A stretch of 64,000 nucleotides of DNA from the NCBI GenBank assembly GCA_030295235.1, contig AP026126.1:1612001-1676000 (forward strand). The letters run 5' to 3'. A program made the position numbers and the translations under genes. Shown in pieces: positions 22,655 through 37,665 of this stretch; the stretch's first letter is position 1, and the number at the start of each line of letters is the position of its first letter. The DNA is from Fistulifera solaris (lineage: Eukaryota). The notes under the pieces are model-generated. The model was not told where the DNA came from, ran no database searches, and was given only the letters and a program-made list of their open reading frames with translations.

Positions 22655-23410
22655 TCAAACCAGTCGCTGAAGATCTTTAAATAGATGGTGTGGCTTATCC
22701 GGATTAAACCATACTGCACGAACACCTTCCTTGAAAGCGATGCGTATGTTTTTCCTGTCATCGTCAATTAAAATTGTCGTCTGCTTTGAAATGCTAATGT
22801 CGCCGAATTGCTCCAATTCTTCGACCGCGGAAGCGATATGCGCTTGTTTTCCGTCTCTCGATCCTAGACCACTGTAGGTCCAAGAACGATCGGAACCACG
22901 AACCGGTATCCTTGCCGCGTGATCCACTCCAACAACAGTCTCTAGAATTTGCGTGATCATCTTTGGTTGCTGCGAGAAAGTAACAATAGCAACCCGAATA
23001 TCATTGTCCATGCAAGAATTTAGCAGTTGCTTGAATTCCGGGCGTACGTGCTCTAATAATTCTTGCGCCGAGCCGGGCCTGAATGAAAAGAAATAATGCG
23101 ATGAGTGGGACGACACATTCTCCCTTCGAGTATCCGAGATTGTTTACTAGGAGTGAGCGGTTTCGAAATCGGAGAAAGTCTCAAAAAGCACTCACCATCT
23201 TCCTCCCGTGTGAATGTCAATCAGAGTTTCGTCAAAGTCGATGGCAAGTAAATTGATGTTCAGATTCTTGAGGTGCACGATGACTTCGTCGACGATACTT
23301 CGAGTTCTTGAAGAAAGCATACTGTTCACGATGAGAAGCGATACGATCGTTAGGAATAAGTAGAAGAGGCGAGTTTCGATTCGAGATAAACGGCGTCTTT
23401 CTAATGTCAT
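22655..23410 (-). CDS. HAD-superfamily hydrolase/phosphatase, two exons (intron 23079-23195)
   Basis: Motif I LAIDFDETL, motif II IVTFS, GKQAHI, motif IV LIDDD. GTGAG...TTCAG splicing joins GGRW-PGSAQ in frame; start uncertain. Confidence 0.8.
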
Positions 23411-23693
23411 TGCTCATGCCTCAAGCCTCGGCATTTTCCGAATGAATGAAGAATAATAATCATCATCATGGTGCCGAGGGGCTATCTCTCGCTTGATCTC
23501 TCGCGGTGCAATGACAAAACATCATCACAGCTGTGTGACATGCGACACCGTTGTCCGATTTGATATTTAGGTCGTACAGGTATGCATTATGCACTAGCGC
23601 TTTCCCATTAAGACTAAGCCTTCATGTACCATGTACGACCTAACATGATCGTGAACTAAAGTACTTTTTACGCTTTGCAATATAAAAGGACTA

Positions 23694-25606
<1,913 letters not shown>

Positions 25607-25782
25607 TAACAATTTTGCTGCTTTGGAAAACGAGAGCGAACGAATGAAGATACTTCCGGTAAGTAAACCCTGTAATGGAAAGAAAATGAGACGTTTGCAT
25701 CACGCAGTTTTATCGATGGCAAAACAAACATGTAATTATTGGCTGACGATGAGGTTGTGCTCGTCTGTCCAGCCATCCTTCT

Positions 25783-26053
25783 TCATGACTGAAATGCAGT
25801 CGTGGAGAAAGGTCGCTTACACTTTGCCATACAGTCAATGGGTAAAAAAAACAAAATCCGCAAGGATTCTTAACAAAAAGAAAGAAGGCGATTATTGCGA
25901 AAAACACCTAAAGATATTTGCATCGTGTCAAGTGTTCAGAATGAAATGTATTCCCCAAGCTAGCAGAACTGACGTAGAACAGATAGCGAATCATTTTTTC
26001 CAATATTGATTCATGACTGAAATGCAGTCGTGATGGATTATAGCGGACACTAT
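25783..26053 (-). repeat. Dispersed promoter-proximal repeat, locus B (two direct units)
   Basis: TCATGACTGAAATGCAGTCGTG(G/A) at 25783-25805 and 26011-26033, each followed after exactly 13 nt by ACACT. Confidence 0.85.
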
Positions 26054-26280
26054 GGTTAGGAAACGAGTGCCCCGCCAAATTGCTTCATGTCAAAACGAAA
26101 TAGCTCGACGAAACGAAATAGCGTCGTCTCCTATCGATGAACACGAAAAGGAACAATGCAGCTACTGCGTTCAAAGTCTAACCAACTACATGCTGAAACT
26201 GCTACAAAGCCAAAATGCATTCTTTTGAACATGAATGTAATCACAGTCTCGTCACTTTCGCCTGCTTTTAAACATTTCAT

Positions 26281-27768
26281 TTAAACGCCGAGCGCTAGCT
26301 GCAACAGAATTCTTCGAAAAAACGGAATAGACACTACGACAGTCGCAGCCGATGCGGTCAGAGCCATTGCAATAGCAGCGAAAGGAAAGGCGTCTTTTCA
26401 TTGGCAAAGGCAGCCGTTCCAAGCCCGTGGGCAGATGCCCCAATACTAAGACCCCTTGCAACAGGGTCCTTTATCCCCAATGCCGTGAGGATTGTCGCGC
26501 CAAAGTTTGCACCAAATACCCCGGTAATGACCACTGCCGTGACAGCAAGTGAGACATCCGCCCCAATGATTCCCGCGATAGCCATGGCGAGAGGTGATGT
26601 AATGTTTCGTGATAATAGACTCAATCTCAAAAAGGATTTCCAACGTCCAGCAATCGCACTAGGAGCGCGGTACCATAAAGACCTCCAAACGTCGACACAC
26701 CAACAGCCGTTCCCACTTCGGCTAGATTATCCCTCATCAGTTTTCGCTTTTCGTACATGGAAATAGCCAAGGAGATAACAGCTGGTCCCAACAAGAAGAG
26801 TAGTATATCACCGGCCCCCGATGTTTTCAATCCCAGCGAGCCGGTCCTGTAAGATTTCAGTATCGATCGAAACGACTGACCCGTCGCAGCAGCCAAAGCC
26901 CGGGCAACTACCCACGTGAAACTGGTGCAAACTAAAAGAGGATGAATAATTGTAGTCAATTTTTTCGGCAATCGAGCACCGTATACAAAGGTCGAAAGAG
27001 TAGTTGCGAGAAGGAACAAGGCAGAGGACTGCCTCGCCAAGACTGTAATACCGGCAAACTTAGAAGCTAATGTCAGAAGACCCAATCCCACGCTAGTCAG
27101 AGTCAGCGCATGAAAGCACTCATCGGAAAATGGTTTCAATGGAACTGTATTCATTACGTTCTGAGTGGCTTTGGACGTCAAATCTTCTATTTCTGCTTTC
27201 ACAGGGGATTCATTACCCATTGCTTTGCGAACTGCAATCACAGAGAAAGCAGCCGAGAGCAAAGTAAAGAAAAAACCGCCAATAACAATCCCAACCACTT
27301 TTATAAGTTCCGCGGAGGTTCCAATACTATCTGCTAGCGGTAGTGTAATAAGAGAAGGAACAAAGAAAACAGGTAACCATTTCGCCAAGAGAGCTGCCCC
27401 TGGTGTCAACTTTTCATATAGGAAAGAAGATGCTTTCGGAGGGAGGGCCAAAAAGTTGCAAATAGAAAACCACAACCACCGAGGCTCGAAGGAAAGTCTA
27501 CTTTTGCTGCTTTGAATAACGTGCGAAAAGCAATGTCGAACAAGACGAATGAAGCAGCTGACATCGACTGTTTTCTGGTAGTCGAGTCGAAGACAGGGAG
27601 CTTCAAAGAGACGGCGTTATTAGACACGCTGGAACGCACTTTCGAAGCTGCTTTTAGCGTGTGGTGTTTTGGTCGTTCGAAGCCAGCCAGCGGAACAAAT
27701 CCATTCGTCCGAATGCCGAAGGCTGAAAGAGTAGTCAATGCTACAAAAGAAATGCGGTGGACGTGCAT
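26281..27768 (-). CDS. LrgAB-like plastid envelope transporter (PLGG1-like glycolate/glycerate translocator), frameshifted
   Basis: LLAKWLPVFFVPSLITLPL, GAGDILLFLLGPAVISLA, LSRNITSPLAMAI, DPVARGLSIGASAHGLGTAA; signal peptide with TNG-FVP; stop TAA at 26281. Confidence 0.85.
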
Positions 27769-28218
27769 GACTGAATGAAGAGTTTTGTCAGCGTCTGTTC
27801 ACGAACTATTATGCGGAGCCGTATTGCCTCCTTAAGAAAAAACCTCACGGTGAATAAACGATTGTAAATTTTGATTATTTGATACCGATACCCGCCGAAG
27901 TTTGGTTCCATTACCAGTACTGGTATCATTGTGTTTCTCGATGATCTTTAGTTGTGGGAAAAGTCGCGTCTTTCGCAGATTTTGCGTCGTGACGTCGAAT
28001 GACGTCACTGCGTTGTCAACTATCCACGGACAGACGTTGACCCGCTTTTGCGACACCTTGGACCTGCGACTAGGAACACCACGACCAATTGCTCTGAATG
28101 CATTCCCTCCGGGAGTTGGGTGACTGTGAAAGCAAGCCTGATACGTACTTAACATTTCGTTATGACTTACTGTTACAATCCATCAAAATCAAACCGTACT
28201 GGCCTTTGCCAGCCTCAT

Positions 28219-31200
28219 CTACACAGCCGAACGAAAGCAGAAACTGACAATCCGTCCATCTTTCGGGTTATCTGTATCGGAAAGCATCATTACAATCTCA
28301 GCCCCACCAACTTCAGCAGAGTATCGCATGACGGCATCGACGATATAGTGTCCAACAGTTTCTTGGGCGATCAAGCTCAAGTCGTCATCCTCAAGCTCGA
28401 ATGCAGCGATCAATCCCTTCCTTCTAATGATGACCACAATGATATTCGACAAGGAACAGCAAATAGATTCCGGGAAAGTTCCCATGGCAAGCGAAGGCGG
28501 CTTTAGGTCAATTTCTTTATAATCATCCATCTCAATCAGATGAGATACCTCGATTTCACCTAGCTCAACGGAACCTTTTTGTGGTTCCCTTACTGACAAT
28601 ATATTGACGTAAATACCTTCATCAAGATCGTGGACTGTCACAAGCAGCGGCAAAAATGATCCATCGTCAATTATGGGTGGTTGACAGAAGCATGCTCCCA
28701 ATACATCGTCCGAGACCTGCACAGCACGTGAATCTCCATTGATAGGGACGATCCATGACTCGAGAAGCCCTTCACCCGACTCCTTCGTAACCATTACCAG
28801 CCCTAACTTCGAGCAGATTTCCGATTCGTCAAGCCCGTTAGAGCCACCCTCCTCGTAGCTTACAACTTTCTTTCCTTGCAAATCAGGACCGCGTTTCCAG
28901 ACTTGGTACGGCCGCGGAGATTCCTCGAGTGGCATCCAATGAAAGCCGCCTACAGGGGTGATCAACATGAAGCATAGCGTGTTTTGTGCGGCTTCAGGTG
29001 GTAGGTAACGCCAGAAGTTTAGTTTGGTAGTCATCTGCAACTCGACTACGACTGTTTTGGATTGAAGCTCGAAAACAATCATTCTTCTTTCGCGAGCAAG
29101 GAAACAGCACAAGAACTCGCTACCCATGTCATCCATTTGGTCGCTGACAACTGCGCCGCTCGCTCCAATCGGGTAGGTTAAGGCAGGCGGATCTTCATTA
29201 TCGCGCCAGACAATTGTCTTTTCTGAGCCACATATCGCAATTCCTCCAACGCCGAATCTGTCCATCCCACTGAAGTCAGGAAGACCGCCACGATTTCCTC
29301 CAAAATGTCTAGTTGCTGGAGGGCCTCTTACCAAAGCGGCAGCAGCCGACGAGCGAATCTGTTTCGAAGGGGGAGAGCCGTGTCCCACAAGGTGACCGGC
29401 ACCTCGGAATCGTCCTGGGCAGCCTCTATGTGATCAGCACTTCCGACTTCTTGCTTCTTTATCGAGCTTCCAGTGGTCGACTGAATAGAGCCAGGGTGAT
29501 TGAAAGAATCAAAAGATGTTTCGAAGCTTGTATTCGAAGCTGGGCCATCTGAAACAATCTTTTCTGCTTCTAAAGATGTCATGGCTAAAGTTGCCTTTGG
29601 TGGAGGTGCCAGAGAGAAGCCCATGGAAAACCCAGATCCGGATTTTCCCCCTGTCTTTGTAGTGGCAAGGAGACTTTGTCTCAATTCTCCTCCTTTCGCC
29701 CCTTTGCCAAGACCACTTCCGCTGCTTTTACTGCTGATTTTCAATTTGAATTTCTTTTCGTCTCAGCTGCCGTCAAATATTCAAACATGAATGATTGTGT
29801 ATCTTCTGCACTACGTTCGCAAGCCCAAATGCGCAAGTCCGTCATTCGAAATCCTGGAGTGTGATCCAATCCGAAAACAAGATGCGAATTTTGCATGATC
29901 TCGTCTAATTTCCCGGGGCTGATCAAGTCATTTTCTTCATATCCTCGCGGTACCATTGACACCTCGCCGGAAACAACTTCGACTCCTTTCATGTACAACG
30001 ATACCGTGCACTCCGAGAGGGAAAGTCCTTTTGATGATAACACGACGCATACATGATTCCATCGATTCCAAGCAGCTTTCTCGGGCCGAACGGCTTCGAT
30101 GTCACCGGCAGAATCGGAGGGGTGAAAATCTTCTGATGACACTAGAACTGCTCCGGCACAGTTACGGAACTCAAGGTTTCCATTTTTCAACAGAGCTAAT
30201 TCCCATAAAACACAATCTCGTTCTGACGCAAGACATATTTTCGTAAAGTCATTTGCAAGGGGCCAACCGTTCGACGAACTAGAACCATACTATGCGATAA
30301 TTCAGAAGGGACACTGTACCAAAATTCAATTGTGCACTTCTTACGAGGTTGCCTGTTAGAATTGTGGAGAACACCGATGTCAATACTGCAGCCCCGCGTT
30401 GCGGGCAGCACCAATCCACTCGCTTTCCCGACACCCGAGCGATCAAAAACGACATCATAAAGACTTTTGACTTTCCCTTTCTCACCTTCGTCGACGCTAG
30501 ATGTTGATTCTTGTAGACAAAATCCATCTACGTCTCCGACCAAGATAAGCTTGTTTTTGTAAGGTGACAAATCTTGAAGGCCTTCAGCTTTCCACGAATT
30601 GTCCGCATCGTCCCCTTCCGACATTCGAAAGTACCCGCAAAGATTGGCTTCGTCAGAGCGGCCTTCGCCGACTCCTTCAATCCAGTCGTCGCCTTCGCTG
30701 TCGATATCACTTTTTTCTCCAAAAGAGTCATTATCTTCCTGGTTAAGAATGTCTGCAAGCGTCTTCTCTCCTCTATCGCGTGCCGCCAAAGCTCCTTCTT
30801 TTCCTAAAATAAGTGGGCGCCTTTGACCCATCCAGTCTTCTACGCGATTCAACAAAAGCAGATTGTCTTTTTGTCTGCGGGGGCCCTCGTTCCTGGGTAA
30901 AAGACAATTAGCTTGAATAATATTTTCAATAACAATGAAAAAGCTCGACGTACCAGATATGCTTTGCTTCATTGCATGAGGTCGCCCATAAGGATTCCAT
31001 ATCCGGACTTTTAATTGGGCCAAATTCATCCAGAGCGGATTCGCCAATCACCTTATGACGCGCCCTCCCTACCCTCGTACCGCTTTGCAAAGAGGGAGCG
31101 AAATGCTTAACAAAAGTCTTTTGTGTATTTGTATTCGTTTGAGTTTGTCGCGTTTGTTGTTCGTTGAGGTAAACTGCTAAAGATGCATAGACACTCGATG

Positions 31201-34200
31201 TGTACAGCAAAGCATCGCCGTGGCCCTTTAAAACTCTTAAGAGACTTTTTGGGCCTTCTCTCTCGCATTGCTGCAAGCTGGACAAGTGCATTCTCTGTAA
31301 ACTGAGTTCCGCACATATCAAACATTTTCAATGCATCAACTAACTCCCCTTCTTCCATAGCAGTCTCCGCGTAAGCGCGGGAAACATACATGGACGGATC
31401 ACTTTGCCTCGGTAGTGTGGATGCCATGTTATGATCCGGAGACTTAAGATAATCGGAGTAATATTGGTCCCCATTCGATATGAGGTGAAGTAATGTGTCC
31501 GATGAAAAGCCGCCTTTCATTTTTTGTGCAACCGACAACCAAGGCGAGAGAACTCGGCTGTTTGAGTTGCGCTGGAATTGTACAGTGCCAGTAAGCAGCC
31601 ATGTTGACGCGTGAGAAAGACCATACCTTCCCAGTATCTCGAAAACACGGGAGGAAATGCCAGCTCCAAACGTTCCGATGCCCTCATTCTCTCCATGAGT
31701 GATAGAGGCAAGCTTCCGCCCAAATTTTTCTATTACTGTACGAAGTACGTGGGTTGACACATTTTGCTTGTCTCCCACACATACTGCATTGGCAATCATG
31801 GGCTCCAGAAGCAACGCTGGAATAGTTTTAGCGACATGTAACTTGACTTTCTTTGCTTTCTCCCCGCTCTCAGCGGTGTGAAACCCGGCTTGTTTATCGA
31901 AGAAAACGATCCGATCAGGCCTGATGCTGATAAGACTATACTGTCGCTTCGACAAAGGAAAAGTGCAAATCGATCCCCAAGCCAAACGACCATCAAGGCA
32001 ACACAAATAACACGTCTTGTTTCCCATTACAAAACCAGCTGCGAAAGCCCCCAAAGGCGAGAGTCCTGAACAATGACCTGTGAGACTTGCTTGTGCCGCT
32101 ATTGCAAGCCCAGACGTAAGAAGCAATACCCGATCAGATGTAGACACGGCGAAGTTCCTATATCCACTGTCGTCACCCTCAAGTCCAATCATATTATTGA
32201 TTTCCTCATGTTTTTCAAAAAAGCATGATCTATCTACTTCAATATTTGGTAAAATTGCTGACCAATTCTCCTCGCTCAGTGATTCTGCGTCCAAGAGCTC
32301 CCCGATGACGATACAGCTTCTGCTGTCGCGTATGCGACTTGCTGAGGCAGCAAGTACGACCTTGCCTACCCCCTCGAATGCGAATATTCGCCTACACTCC
32401 AGAAACCCACTGGGCTCTACCACGTCGACACCAAGAATTGGTCTATGCGCCGATTTTAGTTTACAGCATTTTTTCTGCAAGTCCCACACAAAGTAAGTGA
32501 GCCTGGATCCGTTTGAACTTAATAATAAACCTCGGACCCCTCCTACCCCACAAGGTGGCAAGAAAACCATATCTCGGGCCTGCAACACTTCGATGGCAAC
32601 ATTCTCACCGCCGCTGGACCAATCCACAAATGCAAACAATGATGCATCCGAAGAAATGTCTATGGTTTCTGAGATCGAAGTTCCCAACGAAGCTCGGTAA
32701 GCTATCGCACAAAAAGATTCACATCGGTGTCCCAAAATTCGCATCGGAACATAACCAAGCAACTTTTCGTGAAACAATTCGCATACCACGTTGCCTTCTG
32801 CTCCTCCGTGCACTTCTCCCGACATATTCTCTGCTGCTAAAGTTCCTAAATTGCGTTGCTGCTGCTTTGTATCACCAACAGACGCACGACAAAGCAGATG
32901 CCTCATCATTGGCCGGGACCATCGACGCAAATGATCTTTATTCAATTGTTCGCAATGAAGTAATGAGAAAATATACAGTGGTCCATCGTTGTCGTCCATT
33001 AAAAGAACTTCACCGGCCGATGTAAGTCCACAAGGCAACGAAGCAACCGGAGAAGTCAGCGCAGAGACTAGGCCTTCAGCTTTAGATCTTGGAATTGAGG
33101 GGTCCCTCAACGTAAAACGAAATACGCTATCGCGCGAATACGAAACGAGGCTCCCCAAGTTATCGCTAGACAGAAAACCTAGGGGTTTCTCATCCAAGTC
33201 ATCATTGATTTCATAAACCGAAACTACGTGGAACGGAATCAATGCCTCATTTGCGAGATCCATAACGGATCTAAGAGTATAAAGCTGAAAATCAATGGAC
33301 CCAATCATTACCAGGCTCGGACCATGATCTCCCCCAAGTAATATAACCAGACATGGTCCGACATGGGGTCCCGCATGTAGCCATGTCACCGACGCCTGTT
33401 CTTGTCGCCTACCTTCCCATGTCTTTGCAACAATAGGTCCGATTGATGGAACTTGAGCCAATGGAGCTGAAGCGCTCATTTCAGGGGACTTGAAATCCGT
33501 ACCCTTTTCCTCAAGCACAGGGATTCCTACATGGAAAACTGCCAAACCGTTCTGGAAAGAAGCTGCTAGTAATGGAAGGGAGCACCGTGAATGTTCCAAT
33601 GAACAGAACTCGAGCTGCGTACAGAAGCCGGGCCCTCCAGAACAAGAATGAATAAGTATGTCAGCAGCCTTCTCATGAGAAATTTCAGGCATTTATATTA
33701 AGGTACTCACCAGGACTTTCTTTATGTTGGATTTTCCCCTGGGCAGTGGTAAAACACGCAGACGCTTCAAGCCGGCAAGCTGGGGTAAGCCACCTTTTGG
33801 TTGCTACGGCTTCTTTTGAGCCGAGCGGAAGAAGGGCAGCACCATAGTTCCACATACTAATTGTACCCTCTTTCATAGCAACAACCAAGTAAGGGTACGG
33901 TCGGTGCAAATTAAACGACACAGCCATGCATGAAATCATTCCAGGTCCCCCCAGAAAATTTGCCGACCATGTTTCCTTATTTGACGGATTACAAATAAAG
34001 ATGCATGGCCCTTTGGGTGATGCCCCCGCAATAAACAGAAGACCGTCTGTATTCCTCAAAGAGCTAGGCTCGAAAGAAAACTCTCCACTGCTCGGCGGGG
34101 AGATTGTATGCTGAACAATAGCAGGGTGCGTCGTCCCGCCACCCCATTGCCATACAGCCACAACGCGTAAAACCTGATTGGATTCTAATGAGAGTAAATC

Positions 34201-35681
34201 AAGAATAGCCACAACACTGGTCCGAATCTGACCGTTTGAGCGTTGAAGACCAGCCGATAGGGCTAAAACAGTCTCGACCTTGTGAACCAAAATGTTGTAC
34301 TTGTCAGCAACCTTATTCCGAAATTCGCGCGACATTATTGTGATACTCAACACGTGCGAATTGCCCCGACATGGATCGATCTCGATAATCTTTAAGATCC
34401 CATTGTTTTCGATGCAACATATACAGTTACCATTAGATGGGTTGATGACTGGAGGCACGCACAATCCAACGCACATTGTCGCGTCCTTACAAAGCAGAGG
34501 TCTTTGTACAGAGCGGACAGGCAGTTCTCCCTTTAAAGGAGATTTATCCCAGACTTTCTGCGGTGCACTTTTTTCTACGAAAGCTTGACTGAAAAAGTCG
34601 GAGCCCTCCATAGCCGGAAAAGTGACATCGAAGGCAGGAGAATTTGAATCGAAGGCTTCAAATTTGGAAATATTTCCAACCGAAAAAGGTGCATCAAAAT
34701 CAATTTTCGATAAACTCTTTCCTTGGTTCTCTTTCGATTCGCCGCGTACAGAAAGAGGAGCAAAATCAAGTGCCCCCGAAGCCGTAACAGTACTACCAGC
34801 AGTATTTGTGAAGTTAGCAAAACCGCCGAAACCATCATCATTGTTTGGCACGTCACAAGACTCAAACCCGTCAGCACCACCGAATGCTGGAAAATCACCC
34901 CAACCGCTCATTGCAGTATCCGTCACTATAGGTGTGCTTGATGAGCTGCCAGATCTTGCATTCCTACGGCCTTGCTGCGAGTCGGAGACACTTTGCCTTG
35001 AAGTTGGCTTTGGTCGTCCTTTCGTGCTCTTCGTAATCGGTTTCTCTTCCCCCGACGACGACGATTGACTAGACAGCTTTCTTCTATGCAACTCCTTTTT
35101 CTCAGAAGGCTCGGGTAGTGAAGCCGACACTTCTCCACCATCAGACGAAGCTCCTAAAGTTAGACCCTGTCTCGACGCCCGAGACGATGACGGAGGCAAA
35201 TTTTTGTCGTCGCTACGCCTGCCTTTTCGACTGGAAGAGATGCCAGACGAAATAGTGTCATCATCACTGCTACGGCGTCTCCGGCTGCTGACTGACTGAT
35301 CTACCGATACCTCGTCAAAAGTGAATCTCCGCTCTTTGATCTTCGAGTGCGCATTTTCCTTCGCTCACTTGGATCTTCTGGCTCTTCTCCGCTCGGTCGA
35401 GGCTTCCGACGACTTCTCCGCTCCCCCGAATTACTAACAATAGATCCGCTTATAGTTGATTCACCGTCGGATGGTTGTTTTCGTCGTCCGGGTTCCCCTT
35501 TTTGGTCTAGATGCGTCGAAAGGTTCGCTACACTGCGGGGCTTTTCTGGGGCATCTTGCATGTCGTCATCCGCAACTACTTTCGTCTGCGACATGACTGG
35601 AGGTACCTCATCTTCCTCTGAAGACACATCACCTGCCATCTTCCTTCGTCTTGCCATGATAGCTTGCAAATCTTGCCCCAT
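28219..35681 (-). CDS. Very large (~2400 aa) beta-propeller/solenoid protein, candidate TSET coat subunit (TTRAY2/TWD40-2-like) with LamG-like and C-terminal beta domains; introns and frameshifts
   Basis: Contiguous same-strand ORFs 35301-35687, 33685-35199, 31107-33692, 30926-31321, 30196-31047, 29741-30190, 29328-29744 and 28219-29388. Splice donors at ~33710 and ~30953. LamG-like CTIEFW...WNHVCVVL...RMTDLRIWACERS. Confidence 0.6.
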
Positions 35682-36178
35682 TGACACTTTGCTCAGTTCT
35701 TTCTTTTCGTGGCCGACAGTGCAGGTGCTGCGACATCAGTGCGAGGATCGTCCACTTTCAACTCGGACATTCGCCGTCTCTGTTCCATAAGTTTTTGAAG
35801 GTCTGGGTTCATGATGAAATGCTTATTTATTACAAAAGAAGTACAGAATGAAGCCAATGAAGTTAACAGGTATTAGCCCGCAGTGTTTGTTGATGATAAT
35901 CCTCCTCGATCCAACTCTCATCGCATCACAACGTATCGTAGCGGTACACATTTTGTCGTAAAGATACAGCTAACCCCATACTACGATACTACGTACCTGT
36001 TACTACGTAGCACCTAGCAGCTACAATTAAGGACTGCCTCTAAAGGGTTCAAAAGAATCCTAATCAAGGAGTCTAGGGTTTTAGCGTCGCATGTGTACGA
36101 AATATCACTCAGTATGCTATGTTGAAAAGAATCAGCTTGGGCAACAATAAACTAGTTTTGACATTTTCGAGCAGCCTT

Positions 36179-37457
36179 TCATAACTCGTCTTCGTCATCT
36201 TGAGTGTTCAGAGTAGTCTGGATGTCTTTTTCGGCCATTGAGAGCGATTCAATGCTCTTATCTTGGAACGCGACCGTATCTTCCTGTTGAATGGTTTCAT
36301 TAGTTTGATCACTGTCCGCTTCATTTTTTTCGACATCAAACATGTCCTCATTGTTTTCTTCGTCCACTACAAAATTAGGACTAGGGACCCCGTTTTTGAG
36401 CCAGTTGAAGTCGCGAACATCTCCCATAGAAGTGTCTCGTCTTTTCCAAAAATTGATGCGACTGCAATCCTCTAAAATGGCACCACCTTTGAAAAAGACG
36501 TAACAATCGAGACCTGTTGATCCATGTAGTCGCAATTGCTGACAAGTCGACCTCAACGTCATATGATGGCACTCAGTAGCATGAATAGCCCCATCAACAT
36601 TATTCTCAATAATAATACTGGATTCACTGACCGAAAGTAAATGAATCGATTGATAGAAGCCACGTCTGTGCGATCGAAGAAGAGTGATGGTTCGTGAGCA
36701 TTGTGAGCCGAAGAGGTGAGTTAGAAAAGTTATGGCGCGCAACTTACAATACTATCTTACAATTTGTAATGTTGTGCAAGGCAAAAGATGTAAGATTGGA
36801 AGTGAGTTGGTGCCCGTCCACACCTTCCACCAACCCGTTGCCATGAACAATTACCCCATCCAAATTTTGAATGTCCGAGAGTGTCTCGACGGATCGAATC
36901 GTTTCGATTGCGATTCGGTCGGTGCTTTCGCTTTGTCTTTCTTCGATGCTTCCGACCGTTCGAGAGCTTGATCGCTATTTTCCAGAGCCTGTCGATAGCG
37001 TTTAAAGATGAATTTCCCACGAGGCAACTTTTTCTTTTCTACAACGGTCGAGTCGAGACTGGCACGCACTAAATTGCGAGTGGAAGAATCCAAAATCAGG
37101 CACAGTTAGACTTTCGTCCTCGTCGTGCAAACAGCCATCAATGTTGTCGGAATGATGATCAAGGACTTGCAAAAGCGAGGATAGTGAGTCTGTGGAAAGA
37201 CATTCCTTGCGAAGCAGCGTCAATCTATCATCATGTGTCGCGAAGCGGATGCGAAGTATTCTTTTCTCTTCTTCTGACGACGTTGACGCAGTGCCAACTA
37301 TGTGATCTAGTTCGCTATTCCATTCTTTCAATCGTTCTTTAAGCAATTCTAACGCAAGTTGTCGCTTCTCTTGAATCTTTTGTGTCCGAAGATGTCTTTG
37401 CGTTCGACTCTCTTCGCGCTCCCTCCGCGATTTCAGAAAAAGAGCTTCGCCGTCCAT
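36179..37457 (-). CDS. TBCC: Tubulin-binding cofactor C (intron 36666-36760; frameshifts)
   Basis: N-terminal helical region, KKKLPRGKFIFK, C-CAP/TBCC beta-helix with CQQLRLH, GAILEDC, VRDFNWLKNGVPSPNF. Confidence 0.85.
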
Positions 37458-37665
37458 AAGAGCAATCTATTACAACTGCAACCTCTTCGATTCCCAACAG
37501 GTTGGATTGGATTTCAATCAGTCTTTTCCAGTCGATCGGCGGCGAAAATTATATTCCGGAGTAATGCTGCTGCTCATATTTTTGCTTTGTCGCATTGCGT
37601 GTCGTCAAGAAACGCAAGAAGAATGTAGGGGTAAAAAATAACCTTAACAAAAGTCATGGTTCTCG

